From a virus (Duplodnaviria > Caudoviricetes): a DNA stretch of 64,000 nt. The notes under the pieces are model-generated. The model had not been told where the DNA came from. It saw only the letters and a list, made by a program, of their open reading frames with translations, and made no database searches. Position numbers and translations under genes: made by a program. This document shows positions 7,074 through 14,371 of the stretch, in pieces; the first letter of the stretch is position 1; the number at the start of each line of letters is the position of its first letter. The stretch is from positions 825 to 64,824 of the IMG/VR virus record IMGVR_UViG_3300005541_000010. One strand, written 5' to 3'.

Positions 7074-7149
7074 GGCCATGGCCCGAGGGACTTCGGGCAC
7101 GACGCTACGAACGTCGCTGGCGTAGGTTCGACTCCTACCATGGTCGCCA
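7074..7149 (+). tRNA. tRNA-Arg(ACG)
   Basis: GGCCATG/CATGGTC, 6-bp D stem directly after the acceptor, CGACG-CTACGAA-CGTCG. Confidence 0.88.
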
Positions 7150-7154
7150 ATTCT

Positions 7155-7227
7155 CTCCTCGCCGACGGACTCGGCATGAGCCCTCCGAAGGCTCGTTGCG
7201 TTGGTTCGAATCCAACCGTGGAGGCCA
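7155..7227 (+). tRNA. tRNA-Arg(CCG), compact
   Basis: CTCCTCG/CGTGGAG, GAGCC-CTCCGAA-GGCTC, G73-CCA. Confidence 0.85.
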
Positions 7228-7228
7228 C

Positions 7229-7304
7229 GCCGTTGTAGCACGTCAGGACGTGCAGCTCCTTGGTAAGGAGACGGGAGCTGGTTCGACCCCAGCCTACGGC
7301 ACCA
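7229..7304 (+). tRNA. tRNA-Thr(GGT)
   Basis: GCCGTTG/CTACGGC, loop TTGGTAA, CCA. Confidence 0.88.
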
Positions 7305-7309
7305 TTTTC

Positions 7310-7386
7310 GCCTACCAAGCATAGACAGCGATGTGCGCGGCCTGTATCCGCGCGATGCCGGGTGCAAGTCCACGGGGTAGGCTCCA
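7310..7386 (+). tRNA. tRNA-Thr(TGT), C33
   Basis: GCCTACC/GGTAGGC, GCGCGG-CCTGTAT-CCGCGC, bulged T stem. Confidence 0.8.
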
Positions 7387-7390
7387 ATTT

Positions 7391-7466
7391 GCCCTTCAAG
7401 CTCTGACAGCGGAGCGCCGGATTCGTACCCCGGAGGCGGCTGGTGCAATTCCAGCGTGGGGCTCCA
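7391..7466 (+). tRNA. tRNA-Thr(CGT)
   Basis: GCCCTTC/GTGGGGC, loop TTCGTAC, U73-CCA. Confidence 0.85.
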
Positions 7467-7473
7467 CTTTCTC

Positions 7474-7550
7474 CCCTCCATAACTCAACCTGGCTAGAGC
7501 TCCGCCTTTTAAGCGGTAGGGTCGAGGTTCGATGCCTCGTGGAGGGACCA
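7474..7550 (+). tRNA. tRNA-Lys(TTT)
   Basis: CCCTCCA/TGGAGGG, loop CTTTTAA. Confidence 0.92.
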
Positions 7551-7554
7551 TCTT

Positions 7555-7643
7555 GGAGAGTTAACCGAGCGGGCGCTCGGGCTGGTTTGCTAAACCAAGG
7601 GCATCCTCACGGGTGTGTGAATCGTGCTCACAGCTCTCCGCCA
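7555..7643 (+). tRNA. tRNA-Ser(GCT), 8/4 fold
   Basis: GGAGAGTT/AGCTCTCC, GTGA/TCAC T stem, loop TTGCTAA, G73-CCA. Confidence 0.85.
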
Positions 7644-7648
7644 AACCT

Positions 7649-7738
7649 GGACGATGAAGCGCGCAGGCGCGCGCCGCCGGCTTGAACCCGGCTGGTACCG
7701 GCAGCGGTATGTGGATCGAGACCGACCGTCGTCCGCCA
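7649..7738 (+). tRNA. tRNA-Ser(TGA), 8/4 fold
   Basis: GGACGATG/CGTCGTCC, 6-bp D stem, GCCGG-CTTGAAC-CCGGC, long variable arm. Confidence 0.85.
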
Positions 7739-7745
7739 ATTCAAT

Positions 7746-7835
7746 GGAAGGTGAAGCAGACAAGCGCGCTGCGCCTGCCTCGAAAACAGGTCGTGTCCTC
7801 ACGGGCATGTGACGCAAGTTCACCGCCTTCCGCCA
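7746..7835 (+). tRNA. tRNA-Ser(CGA), 8/4 fold
   Basis: GGAAGGTG/CGCCTTCC, loop CTCGAAA, GTGA-CGCAAGT-TCAC. Confidence 0.85.
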
Positions 7836-7840
7836 TCTTT

Positions 7841-7931
7841 GGACGATAAACCGGACAGGCGCGCCGGGAGCGGTTGGAAGCCGTATCGTGTCACGACGTG
7901 GCATCTGCATCGTCTGCAGTGTCGTCCGCCA
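7841..7931 (+). tRNA. tRNA-Ser(GGA), 8/4 fold
   Basis: GGACGATA/TGTCGTCC, loop TTGGAAG, CTGC-ATCGTCT-GCAG. Confidence 0.82.
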
Positions 7932-7936
7932 ATTTC

Positions 7937-8006
7937 GGCCGGTGCTCCGGGAGCAAGGTGAACTCCAAATCCACCGAGCAAGTTTCGACTACTTGACTGG
8001 CCGCCA
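7937..8006 (+). tRNA. tRNA-Trp(CCA), 70-nt compact fold
   Basis: GGCCGGT/ACTGGCC, GCTC-CGG-GAGC, 6-bp anticodon stem, loop CTCCAAA, 3-nt variable loop, G73-CCA. Confidence 0.82.
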
Positions 8007-8007
8007 T

Positions 8008-8083
8008 TCAGGTGTGGGTTGCCGGAATCCCCTCGTGGCTCTGAACCACGACCACGCACGTTCGACTCGTGCCGCCTGATCCA
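8008..8083 (+). tRNA. tRNA-Gln(CTG)
   Basis: TCAGGTG/CGCCTGA, CGTGG-CTCTGAA-CCACG. Confidence 0.88.
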
Positions 8084-8088
8084 CTTTC

Positions 8089-8164
8089 ACACGAGCGGGT
8101 TGCTGGTATCCCAACTGCGCTTTGAACGCAGTTCACGCTGGTTCGATCCCAGCCTCGTGTTCCA
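8089..8164 (+). tRNA. tRNA-Gln(TTG)
   Basis: ACACGAG/CTCGTGT, AACTGCG-CTTTGAA-CGCAGTT. Confidence 0.86.
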
Positions 8165-8330
8165 CTCAGCCATTCGGCTTTTCGGGAGGCTTCGGCGCCC
8201 CGAGTTTCAGGGCGGCTTTGTTACGACGTGGCTCTGCAATACGGTTCGAGCGCTTTGCACGCCAGTTGCCCCACTCTGCTTTCGGGCCACGCGCAACACC
8301 TTTAAGGAGGAGGATTAAGCAGGTCGCTCG
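8165..8330 (+). ncRNA. Structured trailer of the tRNA array (unclassified)
   Basis: 8168-8180 is the exact reverse complement of 4681-4693; further complementary blocks and local hairpins; lies in the convergence zone with the leftward operon. Confidence 0.4.
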
Positions 8331-8342
8331 GCGATTTACGTG

Positions 8343-8540
8343 TCATGGTTCTTTCCTCGCGCTCGGCATCACGCCCTGCGGCTGATGGGTGAGGTGCCAC
8401 TCCCTGCACCACGGGCACTTGTATACCCGCAACTTCTCCTGGACGTGGCCAGCCTTCATTATGCGCGCCGCCATCATCTTGGCGATCGCCTTGGTGCGAT
8501 AGGGACGCTTCTTCTGCGGCCCGCAGCGTGTGACTTTCAT
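8343..8540 (-). CDS. Small basic protein with YxCxxCxxWHLT motif
   Basis: VYKCPWCREWHLTH; last gene of the leftward operon. Confidence 0.65.
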   Translation of the reverse strand: MKVTRCGPQKKRPYRTKAIAKMMAARIMKAGHVQEKLRVYKCPWCREWHLTHQPQGVMPSARKEP

Positions 8541-8546
8541 GCTGCC

Positions 8547-8711
8547 TTACCATATGCCGTCTTTAATCTCAGCCGCCGTGCGCTTGCCGCGACGTGGCGT
8601 GTGCGCCTGGACGTGAACCCGCAGGCGTGCGGCGCCGCGGTCCAGCACCGCGGCCAGCCACAACAGCCGATCGCGGTAGCCCTTGGGATAAGGCCGCTTG
8701 CGGACGATCAT
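8547..8711 (-). CDS. 54-aa hypothetical protein
   Basis: MIVRKRPYPKGYRDRLLWLAAVLDRG...; ATGA coupling to the upstream gene. Confidence 0.5.
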   Translation of the reverse strand: MIVRKRPYPKGYRDRLLWLAAVLDRGAARLRVHVQAHTPRRGKRTAAEIKDGIW

Positions 8712-8959
8712 GTGCCGCTCGCCAAAAGCCGCTGCTGGTCATTGATGACTTCGGCCGTCAGGTCGCGCGCGACCGCCTTGGTCGCCTCCACGATACCGTC
8801 CGCCACTATGGCCAGCACCTTCTTGGCGGTCTCCTCGTTCAGGTACAGGACGATTTCGCTGTGGTCGTCGCCTCGGAACTTGATCTTGCCGACGAGCGGC
8901 TTCGCGGCGTCGAAAAAGTAGTCCGAGCCGCGGTTGATGTGTATGTATTCCAGGATCAT
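8708..8959 (-). CDS. 83-aa hypothetical protein
   Basis: AGGAG SD then MILEYIHINRGSDYFF; high GC3. Confidence 0.6.
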   Translation of the reverse strand: MILEYIHINRGSDYFFDAAKPLVGKIKFRGDDHSEIVLYLNEETAKKVLAIVADGIVEATKAVARDLTAEVINDQQRLLASGT

Positions 8960-8969
8960 GCAATTCTCC

Positions 8970-9251
8970 TCACCATTGGACCAGTAAATCCTGCACCAGC
9001 GCGGCGATCGTGCGGAACACGCCGTGCGCGAACGCGAGCTGCGTCTCAGGGTCTTTGTGCGTGTCCACCCAAGCGTGGCACGCGGAACAACACCAGGCGG
9101 CAATCAGGTCCGGGGACTTCATCCCCATGCCACTGATGCCGATAACACGGAAATGCGCCAGCACTACGGTCTCGGGGTTGTGGTTGCAGATATTCGGAAG
9201 GCGCACCTGGCACATCTGCCCCTTGGCGTATTTGCGTAGGTTCATGTCCAC
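8970..9251 (-). CDS. DUF1364 (YbcO-like) nuclease-domain protein
   Basis: AKGQMCQVRLPNICNHNPETVVLAH...GMGMKSPDLIAAWCCSACH. Confidence 0.9.
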   Translation of the reverse strand: MDMNLRKYAKGQMCQVRLPNICNHNPETVVLAHFRVIGISGMGMKSPDLIAAWCCSACHAWVDTHKDPETQLAFAHGVFRTIAALVQDLLVQW

Positions 9252-9427
9252 GGTGTCCTGAGAGCCGCCAAGACTTCTTCTTTCACGACCTCTCTCACGA
9301 TGCGCCGGATCGTCTCGGCGGTGACGTGGCTATCGCACCAGTGGGCTTTGCGCTGCTCCGGTGGCAGTTCTCGAAACTCCTCATCGCTCGGAACCGGCTT
9401 GCCGCAATTCGGGCAATCGTAGCTCAT
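9242..9427 (-). CDS. Small CxxC protein
   Basis: MSYDCPNCGKP; coupled overlaps with neighbours. Confidence 0.5.
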   Translation of the reverse strand: MSYDCPNCGKPVPSDEEFRELPPEQRKAHWCDSHVTAETIRRIVREVVKEEVLAALRTPWT

Positions 9428-9909
9428 GCGACATGCTTCCAAGTTTTGCGATTCAGGATGGCATGGATGGCTTGCCGCGAGACGCCGTACCGATCTGCGA
9501 GAACCGGAGGCGATGATTCTGATGCACGGATAACAGGGATGTCGGTTGCCTCGAGCCGCGCGTGTCGGTTCCTCTCTCCAATCGGCGGATTAGATCGGCC
9601 GCGCGCCGCCTTGTCGCGCATGTTGTCAGTGTGCGTGCCGGCATAAAGATGGTTTGGATTAACGCAGCGTGGATTGTCACAGGTATGGCAAAGGCTCATG
9701 CCTGCGGGGATCGGTCCTCGGGTCAATTCCCATGCCCACCGGTGAGCCAATTGCGTTCCGCTGCGAGCGGCTCCGAATAGACCGTAGCCGAACTTGTTAA
9801 CGGCTCCCCGCCAGAACCAGCAAAAGTCTGTGCGCCGAACGGCGGCCCAAAACAATCGACTCCTGCGCTCCGGTATGGTGAACACTGTCTTAATTCCCGT
9901 AATGCTCAT
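9424..9909 (-). CDS. HNH endonuclease with C-terminal HTH
   Basis: CWFWRG...GYG...AHRWAWE...CHTCDNPRCVNPNHL..GT..DN. Confidence 0.9.
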   Translation of the reverse strand: MSITGIKTVFTIPERRSRLFWAAVRRTDFCWFWRGAVNKFGYGLFGAARSGTQLAHRWAWELTRGPIPAGMSLCHTCDNPRCVNPNHLYAGTHTDNMRDKAARGRSNPPIGERNRHARLEATDIPVIRASESSPPVLADRYGVSRQAIHAILNRKTWKHVA

Positions 9910-10327
9910 CGGCGTATTTTGCAACCTCGGCCTCCAATTCGCCCAAGTCCATGTCGTGGAGCAGGTGCGCACACACCGTCATCATCGAGGAAATGACGCG
10001 CCCAAAGGCCACGTCGTCAGGGATGGAGTCGTAGGAAAGCGAGCCCGCTTCTTCGCGGATGACTCCATCAAGATCCGGGTAGCTCGTGGTGTAGCCCGAA
10101 GCAAACGCGATGGCCTTGCGAAAGGTGGTGAAGTCCGTATAGCGCTCCTGGTTGTCGTAGGTGAGCTGCAGGAGTGCCATTGCCAGCTTGTGATGCTGGT
10201 AGCTGCGCGGCTTCACGACGTCGGCACGATATACCTCGCCGAGCTTGTACTTGCGGGCGATCTCGGCACTCGGCTCGTCGGCCGGCTCAAAGCCGCCGAG
10301 GGTCTTCTTCAGATACAGGCGAGCCAT
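9890..10327 (-). CDS. DUF1367-family protein
   Basis: LYLKKTLGGFEPAD...KLGEVYRADVVKPRSYQHH...SLSYDS pattern. Confidence 0.75.
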   Translation of the reverse strand: MARLYLKKTLGGFEPADEPSAEIARKYKLGEVYRADVVKPRSYQHHKLAMALLQLTYDNQERYTDFTTFRKAIAFASGYTTSYPDLDGVIREEAGSLSYDSIPDDVAFGRVISSMMTVCAHLLHDMDLGELEAEVAKYADEHYGN

Positions 10328-10945
10328 TTAGGCCAGCCCCTTGATGTGCGCCAGGTACGTACGCAATTCGGCGTTGAACAGCGCGACCTCTTTGGCCAGC
10401 CGCTCAATGTACGCCTCATCGCGATACAGGCGCTTGATGAACAGCGGCATCTTCGGCCAGTAACTGACGAAATCGACCCATTTCCGACCGCTCACCCATA
10501 GCTCGCCCTGACACTGCGCGATGTGCTCGGACGGCACCTTGTCGGCCAGCAGCACCTCGGCCTGGATATGCGGGAGTTTGGTCTTGATCTCGACAAGGCC
10601 ATCATCACCGACCAGGCTGTCGGGGCTGCAGCCAGCTGCGCCCCACTCGTCGGTGCGGCGGATGAAGCCAACTGGCGTGTGGACCCAGTTCGTGCGGAAG
10701 GCGTACAGGTCACGCGCCTCAATCTCCATTTCCTTGCCGCGCTCCATATGCTCGTTGCTGTAGGAATCGTAGCCTTCACCAGTCACCTGCTCGCCGATCA
10801 GGGTCATCATGTACTTGCGGCGGGTTTTTCCCTCACCCTTTGCCAGGACTGCGGCGAAGGCGCTGGCGGTGGGGATGCCCAGGCGACATTGCCACCACTC
10901 CGAACTGTACTGCTCGCAGTCGAATACTTCGATTACTTCGATCAT
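10328..10945 (-). CDS. YqaJ/lambda-exonuclease-family recombination nuclease
   Basis: EQYSSEWWQCRLGIPTAS, MERGKEME, GCSPDSLV..DGLVEIK, QCQGELWVSGRKWVDFVSY. Confidence 0.92.
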   Translation of the reverse strand: MIEVIEVFDCEQYSSEWWQCRLGIPTASAFAAVLAKGEGKTRRKYMMTLIGEQVTGEGYDSYSNEHMERGKEMEIEARDLYAFRTNWVHTPVGFIRRTDEWGAAGCSPDSLVGDDGLVEIKTKLPHIQAEVLLADKVPSEHIAQCQGELWVSGRKWVDFVSYWPKMPLFIKRLYRDEAYIERLAKEVALFNAELRTYLAHIKGLA

Positions 10946-11682
10946 CGCTGCCTGTCCCGTGCGCGGGCGCGCACTTCCTTGCACACGTAGTCGAAGTTTT
11001 TGGCCAGAATCTGGCTCAGGTCCTTGACCTTGGCCCACTTCTTGAACTGACCCACGTCAGCGTTCGTTTCCGTCAGGAGCGCCAGCAGATCCGCCGCCTG
11101 GGTCTCGGTCAGGGTCGGCAGCGTGGTGTTGCCGTCATTGTCATCCTCACCGATCGCCACGTTGAATATGCCTTTGAGCAGGTAGCGCATCGCGTAGGTC
11201 ATGGCCGCGCCCGCCGCGTGGGTGAGCGTCATCACGTTGCCGCCTTTGGCGCCCTTGCCGTCCGCCGGCAGTTCCTTGCTGTAGATCCGGGTGTGTCCGC
11301 CCTGGTGCGAGACGTGGCACAGCACATGGACGTTCCCAGGCGTGACCGGGGGCGCCTCATCGAAGGACAGCGCGAAGCCGTGCTTGACGTAGATCGGGCG
11401 CAACACCTTGTCGAGCTTGCCGTACGTCGCGTACTTGCTGTGCGTGTCGGGGTTGGTTGCGTCGGTGGAGATACGAGTCATTTCCGACTGCGCGCGCGTC
11501 ATCGCGGCGTTGAAGTCGGCCTCGGCATTGCGGGCCAGGATGCGCTCCTGCATCCCTAAGAGCTTGTCGAGCTTGGATACATCGCAATTTGGATCGGTCG
11601 CAAGTCTCTCAATCATCGCTATCGTTTGGCTGGCTGGATCAGCCGGCTTTGTAACAGCGACTTCGGTTTTTTCTGTATTCAC
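10942..11682 (-). CDS. erf: ERF-family single-strand annealing protein
   Basis: NPDTHSKYATY...PIYVKHGFALSF...HQGGH...GAAMTYAMRY.L..IFNV..GEDDNDG. Confidence 0.85.
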   Translation of the reverse strand: MNTEKTEVAVTKPADPASQTIAMIERLATDPNCDVSKLDKLLGMQERILARNAEADFNAAMTRAQSEMTRISTDATNPDTHSKYATYGKLDKVLRPIYVKHGFALSFDEAPPVTPGNVHVLCHVSHQGGHTRIYSKELPADGKGAKGGNVMTLTHAAGAAMTYAMRYLLKGIFNVAIGEDDNDGNTTLPTLTETQAADLLALLTETNADVGQFKKWAKVKDLSQILAKNFDYVCKEVRARARDRQR

Positions 11683-12167
11683 GATCTTACCTCTGGATTG
11701 AACGTGTGTAGGCGCCGCTTCGCGGCGCAATAAGCTGCGTGCGCTTCTTGCGGAGTGTGAAAATATCCAATGTAAATCTGTCGGCCGTTTAGCCGAATGG
11801 CTGCTTGCCAGCCTGCACCATGTCGATAGGCACCTAGCGGTTCCTCTTTCCCACTGTTGCGGCGACGATTTTGCATGTTTTGGGCTTGGGTGCAGGCTCG
11901 CAGATTCGCCCATGCGTTGTTGGCTCGATCGCCGTCTATGTGATCTACCGCCTTCGGCGGAAACGCGCCTGTCTGCATCGCCCAAATAATCCGATGAGCG
12001 GCGTGCAGTTTGCGGCCTATGACCCGTACATAAATCGCGCCGCTTCCACTGAGTGCTCCGGCGACTGAGCCGACAGGCGCGTTCGGCCGTGCGATCTTGC
12101 GGATAAGGTGCCCGGTCACTCGATCGTAGAAGAACAGTTCGCGCGCCCGCGTGATGACAGGGTTCAT
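11679..12167 (-). CDS. HNH endonuclease with AP2 domain
   Basis: YDRVTG...AHRIIWAM...VDHIDGDRANNAWANLR...WQAAI...IGYFHTPQEAHAAY. Confidence 0.9.
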   Translation of the reverse strand: MNPVITRARELFFYDRVTGHLIRKIARPNAPVGSVAGALSGSGAIYVRVIGRKLHAAHRIIWAMQTGAFPPKAVDHIDGDRANNAWANLRACTQAQNMQNRRRNSGKEEPLGAYRHGAGWQAAIRLNGRQIYIGYFHTPQEAHAAYCAAKRRLHTFNPEVRS

Positions 12168-12697
12168 CACTTGCTCCTCAAGGATTTCATGTAGGCATCG
12201 GACCACGAGCGGGCGTCGGGACGCCGCGCTTCCGGGTGAAAGACTTCGCTGTGGAACCGGCGCAGGTACTTAGCCTTGCGGTTGCGCTTGCGCCAGTTCA
12301 GGAAGGCGACCAGCAGGCGGTCAACGGCGCGCATTGTGGCCGTACTCTGATTCGGAGCGTTGGAACGCGGCCTCGGCTTCCGCTTCTTCTTCAACCTCGG
12401 CAGTGTAGTCATCCTCGCCATACTCGTCCGGGTCCGGTCCGAAGTGCGGGTCGTTGTCCGTCACGCCTGGCGGTAAGTTGCCTGGGCCGCTCATGGCAGG
12501 CGCTCCTTGAGCGTGGTGCGGTGAGCAAGCACCGCTGCGGCGTGCAGCGCATCGTGTTCTGCCTGGTGCGGCGCGCACATGCCTAGCTTGCCCTCGTCAG
12601 CCTTGTACGGCGAGACGTAGCTGCGGCCGTCGTGCCGGCAGCCGCATGGTTCGTTGATGACGAGCGCGCCGCGGTGGGTATAGACCGCGCGGCTCAC
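12167..12697 (-). CDS. Three short coupled hypothetical ORFs (12167-12334, 12321-12494, 12491-12697)
   Basis: Head-to-tail overlaps typical of phage early operons; one is strongly acidic, one has CGC/H residues. Confidence 0.45.
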
Positions 12698-12852
12698 TTG
12701 GTGTCTCCAGACCAGTAGTCGAGCCGGATGCGGTGCGCGCAGCATCCCGGCCCGTACATCTGCTGGCCGCGCGCCTGCTTCTCGGCATAACGCGAGCGCT
12801 TGCCGCGTGCCTTGTGGTGCGCCTGGCGCACGGTTGACTGATTGCGTTTCAT
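12694..12852 (-). CDS. 52-aa basic protein
   Basis: MKRNQSTVRQAHHKARGKRSRY...GCCAHR; coupled on both sides. Confidence 0.5.
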   Translation of the reverse strand: MKRNQSTVRQAHHKARGKRSRYAEKQARGQQMYGPGCCAHRIRLDYWSGDTK

Positions 12853-13643
12853 TCAGCTTGCCTCGCGAAAAGTTGCCCGTTCATTGGTGGTAGTGCAGCG
12901 ACCGGCTCGTCGTCGCGGTCATGCACGCTACCCTGGTGGTCCTTGTCGTCGTCCGGGACCACGACCGGCGTAATGCCCTTCTCCGCCAAGGCGTCCATCT
13001 CCGCGTCATCGGCCGCCTGGGACTCGGTGACGATCTTCTCGATCGCTGTGGGCTTGAACAGCGTGATGATGCCCTTGCGCGTCACCTGGATCGGCTGATG
13101 ATCCGGTACGTAGCGGTCGGTCCACCCGCCGGCTTCGAGCTGCGCGCGGTGCGTCGCTTGCTCGTCATCGCTTGCCTCCCCCCACGTGATCGTGCGGGTG
13201 ACCGCCTTCGGGTGCGCGATCAGCACCCAATGCTCGCCGAGCTTAAAACCGCGCGGAACCGCCGAGATACGCCGACTGACGCCCAGCTTCGATGCCTCGC
13301 GCATGAAGTCGTCGGCCGTCGGGTAGAATCCCTCGCCGATCCAAATAAGGCCGGTCTTCTCACCGAGTTTCGCCAGGTTCACGGGCGAGGCCGGGCAGGT
13401 CGTGCAGTATTCCGAGCCGACCGACAGCGCGGACGGTGCGCGCGAGCACGCTTGGGTGTCCTTCAGCAGCGCCGCGGCATTCACCCACGTCCAGCCGCGC
13501 GATTGCTTGATGCCGCCCTTGCAGGTCGGGCAGACGTGCAACTCGAGCGGCAGGCGCCCGCAGGGGGACGTGAGCTGTCCGCTCACCAGGTATAATCCGC
13601 CGACTTTTCTGTAGCCGCAGCCACGTTTGGATTCAACTGCCAT
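12849..13643 (-). CDS. Cys-rich phage protein of unknown function
   Basis: KRGCGYRKVGGLYLV...CGRLP...CPTC...LIWIGEGFYPT...GVSRRI. Confidence 0.7.
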   Translation of the reverse strand: MAVESKRGCGYRKVGGLYLVSGQLTSPCGRLPLELHVCPTCKGGIKQSRGWTWVNAAALLKDTQACSRAPSALSVGSEYCTTCPASPVNLAKLGEKTGLIWIGEGFYPTADDFMREASKLGVSRRISAVPRGFKLGEHWVLIAHPKAVTRTITWGEASDDEQATHRAQLEAGGWTDRYVPDHQPIQVTRKGIITLFKPTAIEKIVTESQAADDAEMDALAEKGITPVVVPDDDKDHQGSVHDRDDEPVAALPPMNGQLFARQAE

Positions 13644-13679
13644 CTTCGCTTCTCCTCATGTAATTTTCAGCCATTGCCC

Positions 13680-13958
13680 TCACAGGCCGCTCCAGGCGGA
13701 GAACGAGCCTTCGGGGCACCCATCTTCCTGCCACTGCAGCCGCAGGTCAGCACGACGCTGGTCGAAGCTCTCCTCGTCTTCCTGCGTGACCTTGCCGCTG
13801 CCGCCGCACTCCTCGCACGGCCGGTCGTACTTGCCGGCGATGTAGTCCTCCTGGAACTCCGGCCCCTCCTCGTTCATTTCGTCGGCCGTGTACGTGCCCA
13901 GGTAGGCGGATGATTGGCCCTCGCCGTCGCAGCGCGGGCAGATTCTCCACTTGCTCAT
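13680..13958 (-). CDS. DnaJ-type zinc-finger small protein
   Basis: CPRCDGEG and CEECGGSG repeats. Confidence 0.75.
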   Translation of the reverse strand: MSKWRICPRCDGEGQSSAYLGTYTADEMNEEGPEFQEDYIAGKYDRPCEECGGSGKVTQEDEESFDQRRADLRLQWQEDGCPEGSFSAWSGL

Positions 13959-14320
13959 ACGCCCTCCAGCAGCGCCTGAGCGGCCGCGGTGATGGCGACC
14001 CCGTAGTAGTCCGGGTTGATGCGCTGGTAGCCGACGATCGCCGCGGCCGCGTCCTTGACCTGGGCGGCGGTGAAGCGCTCCGGGAAGGCGCAGGGAATCA
14101 GCGCCTGGTCGCAGTCCTCCTCGTAGTAGCCGGGACCGGCGAAGGTCTTGAAGGACCTGTAGGGTTCCGGCATCTGCTCAAGCTTCGCCTGCTCGATGAC
14201 GAAGCCGCCGTGTGACGGAGTGCTCACAAAGGCGATGTCGGGACCGTGATGGGTGATTTGATCGGCGTTGCCCCACGGCGTGCTACGCAGCGCGCTCAGG
14301 GACAGTCGTTTTGCATTCAT
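13955..14320 (-). CDS. DUF7007-like protein
   Basis: TPWG...VSTPSHGGF...YEEDC motifs; GAGGT SD. Confidence 0.75.
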   Translation of the reverse strand: MNAKRLSLSALRSTPWGNADQITHHGPDIAFVSTPSHGGFVIEQAKLEQMPEPYRSFKTFAGPGYYEEDCDQALIPCAFPERFTAAQVKDAAAAIVGYQRINPDYYGVAITAAAQALLEGV

Positions 14321-14343
14321 GGGTTACCTCGCTTTCGACTCCT

Positions 14344-14371
14344 ATTCTACCCGTATGCGAGTATAAGTCAA
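14344..14371 (-). promoter_or_regulatory. Sigma70-like early promoter
   Basis: Minus strand TTGACT-N16-TAGAAT upstream of the 14320 start. Confidence 0.65.

Noticed and set aside
7937-8006. tRNA-Pyl call
   Set aside because: The anticodon is CCA rather than CTA and no pyl genes are present; only the geometry is similar.
4700-8164. CRISPR array or alternative genetic code
   Set aside because: The periodic units are tRNAs, not identical repeats. No CTA, TTA or TCA suppressor anticodon was found (Ser TGA reads UCA), and genes end normally at TAA, TAG and TGA.
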